Positions 45,640-59,100 of a DNA stretch of 64,000 nt are shown here, one piece after another (positions within the stretch are counted from its first letter, which is position 1; every line of letters begins with the position of its first letter). Origin of the DNA: the human T2T-CHM13v2.0 reference genome, Homo sapiens; assembly GCF_009914755.1 (NCBI RefSeq), contig NC_060928.1, one strand, 5' to 3'. The notes under the pieces were generated by a model. The model did not search any database, was not told where the DNA came from, and saw only the letters and a program-made list of their open reading frames with translations. Position numbers and translations under genes: made by a program.

Positions 45640-47335
45640 CTTTGGGAATGACCTTTACTCCAGAACCAGATGGTTCTGGTAGGCTGCTAATCCAGGAACA
45701 CCCCCTCTCCTTGTAGATAGGCCAGGAGCCAATTCGGAATCTCTTTCAGATACACATAGGGATGAAAGTGGTGGGAATTGAGCTGTTTGCTGCTTCATCC
45801 TGGAGAGATGCCACCAGATTTTCTGCTGCTGTGATAGATGTCAAGCTGCCCTGATTTCTGTCATCCTTGAGATCTTACCCTACAATAATAATTTTTATTT
45901 TCTGAGCTATGCAATTCTTAAAATAAACCCCCATTTACTTTTCTTTCCTCCCTTTTATTAAGTTAGCTGAAATTAGAACTTGTTGATAATCAAATATCCT
46001 AAGTAATACAAAAATTAATACCTCACAGGAGCTATAGGAAAAAAGACCATCAGGAAATATGAGGTATTTTAATTTGTTATCAAGTTATCAAGCTCAGATT
46101 GGGTAAATGGAATTGAGTTCTCCGTTTATATTCCGGACAAGACAGAATTAGTCCATGCCTCTCAGCGTTAGTCTGTGTTTATCAAGTTACTCCATGTGGC
46201 CTCATAGTGTAATGTTCCTTTTGATATTGTTTTGGAAAACTAAGCAACCTCCAAGGTAGATCAATATAAAAAAAGAGAAGAAATGCTTTTCGAAGATTGT
46301 TTTTAAAGCAATCTATACTTAAATATAAAAAAACAAACAAAATAAAATTTGAAATTTTCATCACTTAGGAGTTTTATGAGACCACAATGAAAGAACATTG
46401 CAACTGCTGTTGCTGAAAATGGTATGTAGAGACTGATTGTAGGAGTTGCTGAATTTGATTGATAGTTGCCTTCAAGGTGAAAGCTTTAAAATGGTCATAT
46501 TGTTTTTAGGAAGATTAAAAGTATTTGCAGAATTCCAAATTCCCAAATCCCTTAAAAATTATTTGCATTGTGTCCTATCTGACTGGTGATAATGTGGTCC
46601 TCCTATAGAGAAAAGTTACCTCTTCTCCTCCTACCATGCTCCTCATATTATTATTTACAAGATAACATGCATTTAAACTTGAGAAAATCTAGAATTTGTA
46701 AAGCAGATCAGAAAAGTTAAAGAGTTTTATTCAGAAGGATTTGAAGATGGTTTAAGACACAGATTCTGGTTTATCGCTGACCTTTGAGGGTGATAGCTTG
46801 CCTATCTCTGGCCTAGCAGGTGCCCCTACGATTTAAGATGGCAACAGGGACCCAGCCTTATCTCACTCATCTGGCTTTAAAGTGGGAACGCTAGACCATT
46901 TGTGCTATCATTAAACTTGGCACATGGGAGGGCTGAGCCAGCTCAGAAGCAACACACAAGGTGCATTAGTTACTATTTCTCAAGTGCCTTGCATGCCTAC
47001 TACTTCCTCACCACCAACTGAAACCAAAGGAGTGCCTCAGATCAATTAAATAAGGAATAGAAAACCTCTCGCCCACATTACAGATGGCTCTGCAAATGTG
47101 CAGACAACAGCAATAAGGGCAACTGAAACATTATAGCCTCATTAGTAGGAAGTCTCTAAGGACAAAAGGAAAATTCTCTGATTAGGCAAAAACTTCAATC
47201 ATTACTTTTTCTTTTTTACTTTGCTTAGAAAGAGTGATGGCCTGGGGTCAGGATCTACAATAATTCATGAGTTATGACTAATAGACTAGAAAATTAGGTT
47301 CTTGGAAGGCTTCAGACTGAAAGATTGGACAAGAA
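45640..47335 (+). mobile_element. Degraded ERVL/MaLR-class element: LTR-like end at ~46010 followed by internal sequence with an RNase H remnant
   Basis: LTR-like end cctaagtaataca; acagatggctctgca (TDGSA) ~47080 and atctacaataattcatgagttatgactaatagacta (degenerate IYTDSWAVANGL) ~47253. Confidence 0.55.
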
Positions 47336-47607
47336 GTTTGGTCTTTCATTTTCATTTCCACTACATGTGATTTTGGGGAATAATTTTAACACCGAATCTT
47401 CTGTAAGTCAGTAATACTTCCTAAAGATACTGAATTTAGATCAAAGAAGCCTCATGACATATACCTCTGTAGGCTTTAACTAGACATTATTTTAGATTGC
47501 CTCTCTTTGACATGTCGTGAATTTGTTTGCAATTATAATTGGGTCAGTTTTGTAGACAGGGCATTTTTGGAAGTGAATATAAAGAATACGGAGAAAGGTG
47601 TTATTGT

Positions 47608-47627
47608 ATGTGTGTGTGTGTGTGTGT
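47608..47627. repeat. (TG)n microsatellite
   Basis: tgtgtgtgtgtgtgtgtgt. Confidence 0.9.
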
Positions 47628-49033
47628 TTAGTATAGCAATACAACAATATGAAATAAATAATAAAAATAAATAGTGTGAGTGTAGATTACTCATCCAGGC
47701 TCAATTTTCTTGAGATATCTTCTGTTCAAATTGATTTTGGTAAAGCTGTCAATCATAGAATTCTGAATGCAGTGTATAGAGTTGGAAGATGACTCAGTAT
47801 AGACTAATTTATTTCTCAGGCTTTTGACTTCAGTAGAAATACTAAGGAATGGAGTACCTTTAGTCATGAGTTAAAAAAAAAGGTAGGTTTTTATAAAGAA
47901 TGTTAAAGATTGTTATATGGTTGTAATTCCTGGAATTGTATGTTTCCTACCTTTCTGAGACCTTCTTTTATGTTTTTTTTTTTAAGTCTCTTTTTGACGA
48001 GTTGTAGTAAGCACCCTTTTCCTGCTCTAAATTAGTGAAAATAGTTAAATCTACAAAGAATCTATCAGGATCCTTATAAAAGCAGCTTGGATGTTTTGTC
48101 ATGAATGTAAATAAAAACATGCATATTTCAAAATACATAAATATTTTATTATATTGTGACTATGAGAAAGTTGTTAATTATTTTCAGTTATGGATAATAT
48201 AATATTCAGCTGTATTTAAATATTGAATCCATATTAAATTTAACAATGTGTGTCAGAGAGAGCATATCCATCGAGTTTCCTTTGCCTTTTTATAATGATG
48301 GGGCATTAAAGGTATGGAGAGGATAGCCAGGATCTTTCATATATAATGTCTGTGAAGGAAGAAATTTAATTACTAACCTTATTCTTCATGTTTACCTCAT
48401 AGTTAAAACATCTATGTCCATTCAGTGTAACTTAAACTGGGATTATGGGAGAGAGTTTTATGGAAAAATATTTTATGAAATTTATCCAGTATTTTCACTA
48501 TCCCTTCTATCAGGAGAGGGTATGATCCAACTTCCCCAGCTATTCGTGGATACACAAAACTAATTTAGCTAGAAGTGAGAAGTTCTGAGTTTAGAATGAT
48601 CTGTGGGGGCAGAGTGAATCACTTATCCCTAAAATAGCTATCTAAAATGGACCCTAGTTCTGAAAAACAATAAAATAAAATAAAATCATACCCCTAGCTT
48701 AACCTAGCATAAAAGTCAATTCATTCAAAAAGTTCCCTGGCAATTATTTACTGAACTACATAGAAAAGGACCTGCCATCAATGATGTTCCCCTAGCAGCC
48801 AATCCACTTGCCTGTTACAATGGTGATATGAAGAATGTGTACTGGGAAAAAATCAATGTAAACTGTTTACATGTAGTGTTCATTCAGTCCTTTTTATTCA
48901 TCCTGAAAAATCCTTTCAACTGGAAAAATTAAAACATATTAAAGCCAATATATATAAAGAACGACATTAAATTGTTTTTGATCTACATTTTAAGAAATCA
49001 AATATGCTTTGGAACTGCCATATTTGAAAATAC

Positions 49034-49331
49034 TTTTTTTGTTAGACACAGTCTCACTCTATTGCTCAGGCTGAGGTGCAGTGGCACTGGCACTATCATA
49101 GCTCACTGTAGCCTTGACATCCCTGGGCTCAGGTGATGCTTCCTCCTCAGCCTCCTGAATGGCTGGGACTACAAGTAGAAGCCACCATCCCCTGCTAATT
49201 TTTGTATTTTTAGTAGAGACAGGGTTTCAACATGTTGGCCAGGCTGGTCTCAAACTCCTGGGTTCAAGTGATCCACCCGTCACGGCCTCCCAGAGTGCTA
49301 TGATTACAGCTGTGAGCCACTGAGCCTTGCC
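49034..49331 (-). mobile_element. AluJ
   Basis: atcatagctcactgtagccttgac..ctgggctcaggtgat (J diagnostics); TSD-like aaaata(c/t)tttt. Confidence 0.92.
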
Positions 49332-49587
49332 CTCTTAAAATATTTTTTATCAAAATTATTTCTGGGAATTCAAAACTTGAATATATTATAATGTACAAAA
49401 TAATTTGTTTGACAGAGTACAAAATTGATAATCATATAACAAAATCCCAACATTAAGTATTCACATTTTTATAGTTGCCCTAGATAAAAAGTGTTACATA
49501 GCAACAATTTTAATGATAATAGAATTAGAGTATCTGTTTCCTGTGTCAAAAGATGACCTATAAAAACAGCAAAAAAAAAAAAAAAAA

Positions 49588-49905
49588 GGCTGGGCACTGT
49601 GTCTCACACCTGTAATCCCAGCATTTTGGGAGGCCAAGGTGGGCAGATCACGAGGTAAGGAGATTGAGACTATCCTGGCCAACATGGTGAAACCCTGTCT
49701 GTATTAAAAATACAAAAATTAGCTGGGGATGGTGGTGCATGCCTGTAATCCCAGCTACTCAGGAGGCTGAGGCAGAAGAATCGCTTGAACCAGGGAGTCA
49801 GAAGTTGCAGTGAGCCGAGACTGCACCACTGCACTCCAGCCTGGGCAACAGAGTGAGACTCCGTCTTAAAAAAAAAAAAAAAAGAAATAAATTAAAAGAA
49901 AAAAA
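49588..49905 (+). mobile_element. AluSc-like, full length
   Basis: gatcacgaggtaaggagattgagactatcctggccaacatgg; long A tail; inserted next to an A17 run. Confidence 0.94.
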
Positions 49906-50399
49906 TTCTGTATCTCTATAGGGACGGTAATGATAATATGTATGATTAATGACTATCAAATACTAGAGAAAATCTGTCTTGGAGTATTCTAATCATATTT
50001 CTCCATAAGTGCAGTGGCTTCATAAATCGACTAAAGGTATATAAAACATTTTGGGAATTTTGTTCTTTAACTGATAACAGAAGTTTTAACAATTTTAGTA
50101 TAATAGTGTTTTATTATTTTCTTTACAACCAACCTTCTATAGCACTCTCTTTGCATGCACACCATCTTAATAAATGTATCTTATTACACAAAATTTCCTA
50201 TTTACCATTCTTCATATTCTTGAAACCTTTGACCAGTGCCCAAAATATAACGTGTTTCATAATTTATTCTGTCCTGTGCTTCTACCAGTATACTCTTTCA
50301 GGGCTTTCTTTTTTCCTATCTTTGCTCCCAAATATGTCCACTGTGAATTCTGAAACTCTCATTCCTGATTAAACTTTATTACAGACTCATCCTTTTTGT

Positions 50400-53300
50400 T
50401 TAATCTTGTGGTCTGGTGGATATAATTTCTCTGTAGAATATTCAAAAGGAAGTTATTCTCCTACACTGCACTAGCATGTAAGTATCAAGCGGGATTGGTA
50501 TAGCTTTAGATTTCCATTGCCTTTTCTGCACCACTGCTGCTAATTTCTCATGTAAAACCCAGTCCAGTGCTCTTTGAGGCTTATGCCAGTTGGCTATGTA
50601 GTCAGTGACCCTTCCTCAGACTTTAGCAATGGTTCTTGACCTTTTATTCTCTCTCATTGACAACTTTGTTGCCTAGCTTTTTCTTGTCTTATTCTCCATT
50701 CAAATGTTTACCATCATTCTGCCTGATTAAATGTCCATGTAAAAGCCCACACATAACACACTGGGTTCCCGGTTCCTTGACCCAGATATTCCTGATGACT
50801 AATTTGCTCCTAAGTTTCTCCACCTGCAGCAGCCGTCTCCATGGCCATATTTTGAACTTGGTCATTACTCAAACTACTTTAAGTCTTAAGTAATTTTTTA
50901 AATAAACATTTTGCTTGATTAAAGAAAAAACTGCTAATCTTTTATCTCTTTCCTACCTGATGTTGGTCAGACCAGCATTGTGTTACATGGATAAGGAAGG
51001 GAATGTCACATTATGAACAGTGGTGTGCTACCAGTGCCTGAAATTTGTGAGTCTCTGAGATGGCTTCCATATAGAATGGTCAATGCCTTAATGCAGTCAG
51101 ACTCATTGTGTAAGTAGAGGAACAATGGGTTAACTTGCTAATGACCCCAGCATGCCATCCTATTGGTTCATCTACTTTTCTTTTTAATCACAAAGGGAGC
51201 CAGTTATGATTTGGGAGTCATCTCTATCTTCCAGATAACCTGCACCCTCTCCTAATAATCCCACTATAATTTTGCACTAAGTGGTCAATTAAATTGATCA
51301 AAATAGTAGAGGGAAATTTTCTCCAGACCCAGCCATAAATTTGTTCCATCCTCACTTTTCTTTATCCAGGACATGTAATGCCTTAGATGTACTATAGCAT
51401 CTTGAACCCATCCATCCAATCCCAGGAGAAGTTTGAAGGGTTAAGTTTTTGTCCTTCTTGGATAAGATCAACCAGTGGTACATGCATCATATATATATAA
51501 TTTGTATATGTGTCTTCATTCTCATTGCTATGAGTATAATAAAGACCATTGTTTTCATTAAGGTTATTACAACATATCCTTAACTTATTTATATACCTAT
51601 AGATTTATCATATGACTTCTAGGCCCACTTGCCTTCTTGGAGCAGCCATTTATCATTACTAAATCTCTATAATATTACTGTGTAATGCTGATATAAACCT
51701 TCTAGTATTTGTGCCCTGCTCAACTTTTCCTCTGTAATGTTCCCTCTCATGTCCTCAACCAATTCTCTATGTGTGCACCTATGTATTAGAAAGTAACCTT
51801 ATCCTAGCGTGCATCTCACTATTTGATAATTTTTGTTCAATTGCCTGTATCTTTCTTGTGATTTTTGAATTTCCAAGATAAAGGGGCACATATATCCTGT
51901 TCCTTGCTGTGTCATCATAGCTAAACTACCTATTGTAACAAATATTTGTTTAAAGAATTCATAAGTTATTGGGTAAGTAAAAGCTGTGAATTTTAAGGTT
52001 GAACATTTCTATATAAATCCTTCTGTTTTTTAGTAGCCTGATAAGCAGCCATAACCCTTGCTCCAATCATCAGTAAGATACATAAATGCCAAAATATACA
52101 TAAGGAAAGGAGAAATATGTGAATACAAACTGCAAGATGGGCTGATTCATCTATCAAATTTAGTGTCAGTATGGAAATAATAAGTGAAGTTCTAATTGGG
52201 GATAAATAGATGCTACTGCCAGGAAAAGTCAATGTTATTTGAAATTCACTGTGCGTGGGCATAATAAGGAATTATTAGCTGATATTTTGTAGCATTAGAC
52301 CTCATGACAATTTAAATTTGTGCTACTTTAGGTGATTCATGAAAGGCAAAGAATTTCTAGAACCACCTACAGTCTAAATATTACACATAAATAATTAATA
52401 GACATTCAATTGCTGTTCTGAAAGAACCATCATAAAATTTTGTTTAAACAACCAGCTGTTTAACCAATAACGAAGTTGTTCCCCTGTGCCCACTATCCCT
52501 CCCTTCCTCCACCCTTTCTGGATCTTGCTCTGTCACTACAACTTGTCCTACATGCTCAGCATCTTAATATCTAATGGTTCTTTAAAAATTACTGTTTAAT
52601 TATTATGAATACATACTAATTGTACATATTTGTGGGATACACATGATCTCTTCATACAAGCATACAATGTGTAATGATCAAATCAGGATAGTTGAGATAC
52701 TCCTCATCTCAAGCATTTATCATTTCTTTGTGTTAGGAATATTCCAATTCCATTCTTGTAGTTATTTTACCTGAACCTTATAAATATCCTCCACATTCTG
52801 TCTCATGTGAATTAGAATCTTTCTTTCTGCTCCTACCCTCAGCTCCAACTCCTGGCCTATTTCTCGTCTGTTGCCTGCTAAGCTTCTGGGGAAGAAAAAT
52901 AATCCACATTTTCACATGCACTCTCTGGTCTCTAGGGGAAATTTAAACCATTCATAATTTATTTCTGTTCTTTGACTCTTCTGCTTTGCCATGTATTTTA
53001 CCACTTTCTCTTAGCTTTTCTTTGGCATTTCTAACAATTCTGTTTCCATCCGCCTGTGAGATCTTCTTCCTTCAGCTCTTATTTAAATATTGGTGTTTTC
53101 AGGCTCCTATCTTTTGTTCCCTGATGGTTTCTACATTTCTCCACATTTCTCAGGGATTTAACAAGCATCCATATGCAATGGACAGCAAAATCATTATCTC
53201 TTCTTCTGACTTTTCGCTTGAACTTCAGACTTGTATAATAAACTTATTCAAATACATGTACACATATATTTGGTAGCTTCCTGACAAGTTTATTGTATGA

Positions 53301-53500
53301 ACTAAACTCTGCAGGAAACAATCAGAAAAAGGCTCTATTTTCCCCCTTTTCTTACCAAACACACTCTCTAAACTCATTCTTTCCTCTTCACTTGCATCTG
53401 GACTATCAATTCTTTGAGTCCTTTCTAGGACAAAGGGAAGTCTCAATTTCAGTTATTTAACATTTATATCCTATTCAAATGTCCTCTTGATCTGTCTGGG
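50400..53500 (+). mobile_element. Scattered L2 ORF2 relics
   Basis: ctcccatggcc/atattttgaacttggtcattac-type segments at ~50840; RT-like tctcagggatttaacaagcatccatatgcaatggacagcaaaatc at ~53150. Confidence 0.5.
52596..52768 (-). mobile_element. L1MA 3' end fragment
   Basis: tgtacatatttgtgggatac...catacaatgtgtaatgatcaaatcagg...catttatcatttctttgtgttaggaatattccaa. Confidence 0.85.
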
Positions 53501-53582
53501 AGCTCTTTTCCTTCTACATCTCAGGCCTGTAATGGCCAAGTGTGATGCAGTGAAACCCCTTCCGCTCTTCATTTCTCTAACT

Positions 53583-53759
53583 CAGTGATTATCAGATGTT
53601 AGCATGAGTCAGATCCACCTGGAGGAATTTTTAAGCAGGTTGCTTTGCCTCTCCCTTAGCATTTCTGTTTCAGTAGAGTCTTATGGGGCCTGAGGATTTG
53701 ATTTCTGCCAAGTTCTTTGGTGCTTCTCCTGCTCCAGGACTATATTTATGAAATCACTT
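53583..53759 (-). mobile_element. MER5A hAT-Charlie MITE
   Basis: cagtgattatcag...ccacctggagg...tttctgtttcagtag...ggggcctgaggatttg...gaaatcact. Confidence 0.75.
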
Positions 53760-55664
53760 CTCTAATCCTACCTTCCCTTGCTGGCTTTTATTGGGTTGCT
53801 GGGGATAGAAGAAAGATAAGAGATATTAAAGACCTAACTAGATTATTAAACTTGGAATTTGGTGTCAACATATGCAGGATGGTAGAGAAACAATTTTTGG
53901 TTCTTTCTCTTTTGGGGTTTCTGTGAGTGCCTCGGAGATCCTCCAGATGGGACTTGTACCTGTAATTCCCTTTGCATTCATCTACTCCCATTTTGACCAC
54001 CTCTGTCAGCCATTGGTCTGCAGGTAATCACCTCTCTGATGGAAACCCTTTATCCCTTTTAGGGCTATTGTTAAGATGACCCTAGGCCAACTAAGTTCAG
54101 AATTCTCATGAGGTCCCAAACACATGGTATTTGCCCTGCCTTCAGGAAAAATAAGGTTTTCTCCATCATAGGCTTATCTTTCTTTTCCTTTTTTTATTTT
54201 GACATTTCAGATATATATAATTCAAGTGTTTTATCGTTTTGACTTATTCTGTGGGAGAAAATGCTAGAACCCAAATCCCTTGAGCTTCAGAAAATTCGTA
54301 TTAGGCACTCCAAACAATTTCCGTGAAGCCCCACTCACCTGACTTGAAGTAGTAAAGAAACATTACATTCTCTTCATCCTTCTCCATCAGATGGAGGAGC
54401 AAATGTCACAGAATTCTAACCATGATTCACTTTCAAAAAATATTTTCAAAAAATTATCTCCTCAAATTCTCATTTCCTGTTCTATACAATACCCAACTCC
54501 CCTTTACAACAATAAGAACAAAGGGGAGAAATGGGCTAATCCTGGCAACATCTTATTACAATCTCTTAATACATCTTACAAAAGTCTCTAGAACCTTGTT
54601 TTAGGATGTGGAGTGCATGGAAACAATTGTTCTTGGCCTGTGAGTCTTTTCAAAAATTCTGAAACAGAAATAGCCCATTTTGACATCCTGTCACACCGTC
54701 CATGTGCCAGAAAATGTGCTAGATTCCAATAAAAAGGTACACAAAATAGCCCTTGATTTTGAGGGCTTTGAGTTTAGCAGGTTTAAATCAATCTACATAA
54801 AGTAAAATGTTATAGGTGCTCTGATAGAAATTTAGGGAACATCTGTACATAAAGAGAATAGTGGGCCATTTCCTGGGACATTATATCCTGCTGGAGCTCT
54901 GCTAGACACTTTCAGCCAGAAGGCTAAAACTGAATCCACTTTTTTTTCCTTCAGACCTGCTGGTCCTCCTGGGTTATTTGCCTGTGACAAATGCCCCACC
55001 TCACACTCAGTCACTTAAGGCAAAACCCATTCTATGTAACTTTCATTCTTTAGCCATCTGTAAGTAATCAATGTGTCTTTAAAGACGACAGAAGATATTT
55101 AATCTATCCTCCTTCTACTCCCTCATTGTCACCATTTATCTTTGTCATGCTCAAAGAGATTATCTCAGTTGGTTATGAAATTTGAGTAAATATTTCTAAA
55201 TCTTGTGCCCCGAGTTCCAATTATTTTTTGGTTAGAGCCAGAATAAACTGTTTAAATCCCATATATAATCATTCCATTGACTCTTCATCACTTCTATAAA
55301 AACTCGAATCTCTTGATTGTGACATCAAAGATGCTTGGTGGCCTGGCAGCTACCTGACTTTTGTCTTAGTCTTCACTGTCTCTGTCCTCACACTTTTCTC
55401 TCTCATAATATGCTGTCATGCTACTTCTGGTCTACATGGTTCCATTCACACTATTCCTCCTTTGTGGAAAGTCTTCTTACATCCCTTAATTAATGCCTAA
55501 TGGGGTAGCTCAACCACCATCTCACATAGCTAACTCATGTGGAACACTCTGGCTGGGCTAGCTGCTTTCTCCCCTCCCAGACCGTGCCACAGTGTGTAGT
55601 TTTACAACACCGAACTTACCAGTGCCCATCTCAAAGTGAAAACTGAAGAGGCTATCCTTTTTTT

Positions 55665-57050
55665 TCTGATTAATTTTTAAAATTATACTTTTTTAAAAAA
55701 TTGAGATGATTGTAGATTTGTATGCATTTGTAAAAAGTACGTCAAGATTCTCTGTACTCTGCCTGATTTCCCTAATGGTAACATCTTGCAAATATATATG
55801 GTACAATATCACAACCAGGATATTAACATGTATCTTACAGGACTTATTCAAATTTTCCCAGTATTACTTGTACTGGTGTGTGTGTATTTATTTCTATGCC
55901 ATTTTATCACATGTTTAGGTTTATGTGTTTACAACCACAGTCAGGGTATAGAGCAGTTGAACACTACAAGGATCTCTTGTGTTTGCCTTTTTATAATCAC
56001 ATCTATTCACCTCACTCGCCATTAATGTTCTACTAATGTCATTTTTCTGTTCTAGAATCCTATCTAGGAGACAACCTTACATTTAATCATCATTTCTCCT
56101 TAGTCTCCTGTTGCCTGAATATTTACTCAATATTTCCTTACATTTAAAGATCCTGAAAGTTTTGAATGATATCCCTAATTTATTTTCCTTTTTTTTTTTT
56201 CTGCTGGTGAGACTAGGGATGTGGGTTATGGGGAAGAATACAGTTTTTAAAGGGTGACTGTCTTCTTATCACATGGTATCAGGGGTACATATTATAAACA
56301 TCACATTTTATTTCTGGTGATAGTAACCTTGATGTCTTGGTTAAGTTAAAGTTTGCCAAACTTCTCCACTATAAACTACTTTTTCATCCCTTTTTAAATT
56401 TTAATCTTTTAAATAAATCACCAAGAGCAGTCTATACTCAAGAAATGGGGAAAATAAACTCCCCCTCATGGGAAGTTTTTCTATAAACTATTCCAAATTC
56501 TTTTTTATAGATTTGTCTATTCATTTCAATTTATTTATTTATTCAATTATATATATAGCATGGAGTTATGGATATTTATTTTACACTTTGAGTTGTAATT
56601 CAATACTGTTATTTATTTTGTTGCTCAGTCGTTTCAGCTTTACCACTGGAAGTGCATTCAGATTGGCTCTGCTATCTCTTTGGAGTGCTCTGATTCTATT
56701 TTTAGTATTTTCTTATTGACTGTCACTACGAATTGCCCCAGACTCATTTTTTATTTTTCCTGCCCCAGCCCTAGAATCAGTTATTTCTCCAAATTGCTAT
56801 TTCTCCTTTGAATTTACTTTGCAACTTTGGATAAATCAGTTAATTATGTTAGTATTTCTCAATTCTGTCCCATTGATCTGTGTTTCTATTATTTATCCAT
56901 TACCACACTGTCTTGATTACTGTAACCTCCCAGTAAGTCTTGAAATAAAGTAATGTGACTCCTCCAGCTTTGTTCTTCTTTCTCAGAATTGTTTTGTCTA
57001 TTCTAGTATCTTTGCCTTTCAATATAAATTTTATAATCAACTTATCATTT
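55665..57050 (-). mobile_element. L1MC/MD-like fragments (3'UTR and ORF2 end)
   Basis: aatggtaacatcttgcaaa...caatatcacaaccaggatattaaca; ttcctgccccagccctagaatcag; ccacactgtcttgattactgta...ctccagctttgttcttctttctcag. Confidence 0.75.
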
Positions 57051-57129
57051 GTTAATATCCACATTTAGATTTTCTTTTTATTTTTCTGGTTATTTCTATT
57101 TATTGATGATTTTTTGCTTAGAAGACCCT

Positions 57130-57500
57130 CTAATACTTAGTGCCTTAAAACTATATTTAGCTCACAGTTCTATATTCAGCATTTGGGGTTGGGTTCAGTG
57201 GGCAATTTCGTCTCATTGACATTTGCAGTGAGCTGCAGTTCAGGGGACAGCTCTGCCCCTGATGACTGGGTAACTGGTGGCTGGAGCAACAGAGGATTGA
57301 GAGGGGGCAGACAACTTGCCTATGTTGGCTCATTATTCAGTAGATTAGTCCGGGATTAGTCACATGGCAGTAAGAAAACTTTTGTCACAGATAGGCAATG
57401 TTTCTATTGCATTTCTATTGGTTAAAGCATGACACACAGCCTGCCCAGGGTCAAGGAGTGGGCAAACAGACCATCTCAAGATGACAAAAGCTTAAAATTA
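57130..57500 (-). mobile_element. Old MLT1 (F-J type) MaLR LTR
   Basis: tttagctcacagttct...ttggggttgggttcagtgggcaatt...ctattggttaaagcatgacacacagcctgccc. Confidence 0.55.
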
Positions 57501-57982
57501 TTATGTGATCTAGCATAATTATTATTAACTAACATTAACAACAATGTGATTTTTGGAATCATCACGAGCACAATCACTGTGAAAATGAAGATAAACAGAT
57601 CTCTAATTTTTTGGACGAGGAGCAATTGAGATTTTTAAAATAGCAGTTTTTCTTAACGGAGAATAGTGAAAATTGTGGTTGAGTCAACATTTAATAATAG
57701 TTTAACCAAAGAGTTTTTGTGTCCTTAATCTGAACTTTATATGAATATAAATGTAGATATGGATATAACTAATGACATAGAAACAATTTAAGTCTAAATC
57801 AGCCCAAGAAAAATAAGTCCATTTGGTCCAAACACCATAGGTAACTATTGGCCAAAGTAGGATTTGGAATTATATACCTTATTTATTTATTTTGAATTGC
57901 AGAAATTAATTAGAATTGAATGACATTGTTTAATTAATCTTCTGTGCCATGAGACTCCATCAGGCTGTCTACAAAGACCACT

Positions 57983-58095
57983 GGGAGACTGAGGATCATC
58001 TGAGCCCAAGAGTTTGAGGTTGTAGTGAGCCTCAAAAAGCCACTGCATTGCAGCCTGGGTGACAGAGCAAGACCCTGACTCTAAAAATAAAAAAA
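57983..58095 (+). mobile_element. AluJ/FRAM right-arm fragment
   Basis: tgagcccaagagtttgaggttgtagtgagc...cagcctgggtgacagagcaagaccctg; flanked by aaagacc on both sides. Confidence 0.85.
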
Positions 58096-58494
58096 GACCT
58101 TTACCCACATTTCCAGATTTCAATTTCAATGGTACTTGGAGAATGCAGAATATCAGATCTTTGATTGTCATCAGTAATTAGTGGAATTCTGTACTTTAAT
58201 TCCCAGTTCAGTGCACTTCTCACAAAACTATGTTCTTTTTATATGGTGGAAAGCTTTTTAGGAAGATTTTGTTTAGAAAGCAACCATACCTCACCTTGAT
58301 AAATATATTTTTCTGGCTCTTTGAACCAGCAGGCAGAATATAAATTTACAATTTTTATTTACTAGTGATAAGGAAGGGAATTGTCAAAATATATTAATAA
58401 GGCTATTTAAAAGCTAGTAATGTTGTCTACTGCTTTACAGTTAAAAATATTCATGTTTTAGTTCACTTCACTTGCTGGGGCTTATAAGGAAGAG

Positions 58495-58600
58495 AAGGAA
58501 TTTTATTATTCTCATTTTTCAGATAAGAAAAATGAGGCTCAGAAAAACTGAAATTTAAGCAGAGTTCCATTGCTAGTAATAAAGAGGGTCTGGACTAGAG
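58495..58600 (-). mobile_element. MIR SINE relic
   Basis: ttattattctcatttttcagataagaaaaatgaggctcagaaa (MIR core). Confidence 0.7.
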
Positions 58601-58977
58601 TTTATTAAGTAGGGTCTCTTATTTGTTTCTTCATTTAAAATGTGTAAATCTTAGGAGAACAGTTGGCTAAAATTTTGCTAAATAGTAGAACAAGATAAAA
58701 TAAATTATATTTTAGATGTCATTCTTATTATTATGTCAAGGTTTGTTATGCTTATGAGAAAGTATAATGATGGTTCAGGAACTCCTTGCATGATACTGCC
58801 TGGGGGTGGCGGTGGGGAGGATAGTGTATAGACAAATTCTCAGTCCCTATTTCCAAGACCTTTGCTTTCATAAGTCTCTGGTGGCCTAGAGTTTTTTGGA
58901 AAAAATTCTTCTTATGCATAATTTCAGTTTGAAAAGAACTGGCAACAGGGTTCCCAAAGTTAGAGATATTCAAGGTT

Positions 58978-59100
58978 ATGTATGCGTGTGTATATCTATG
59001 TGAGTGTGTGTGTAGGCACAGTTAAGTGCGTGCAAGCGCACATATGTGTTCCTTCAAGTTTATGTGGGTTTGCACGTGTGTGTGTGTCTTTGTGTTCGTG
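58978..59100. repeat. Degenerate (TG)n tract
   Basis: tatgcgtgtgtatatctatgtgagtgtgtgtg...gcacgtgtgtgtgtgt. Confidence 0.7.
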
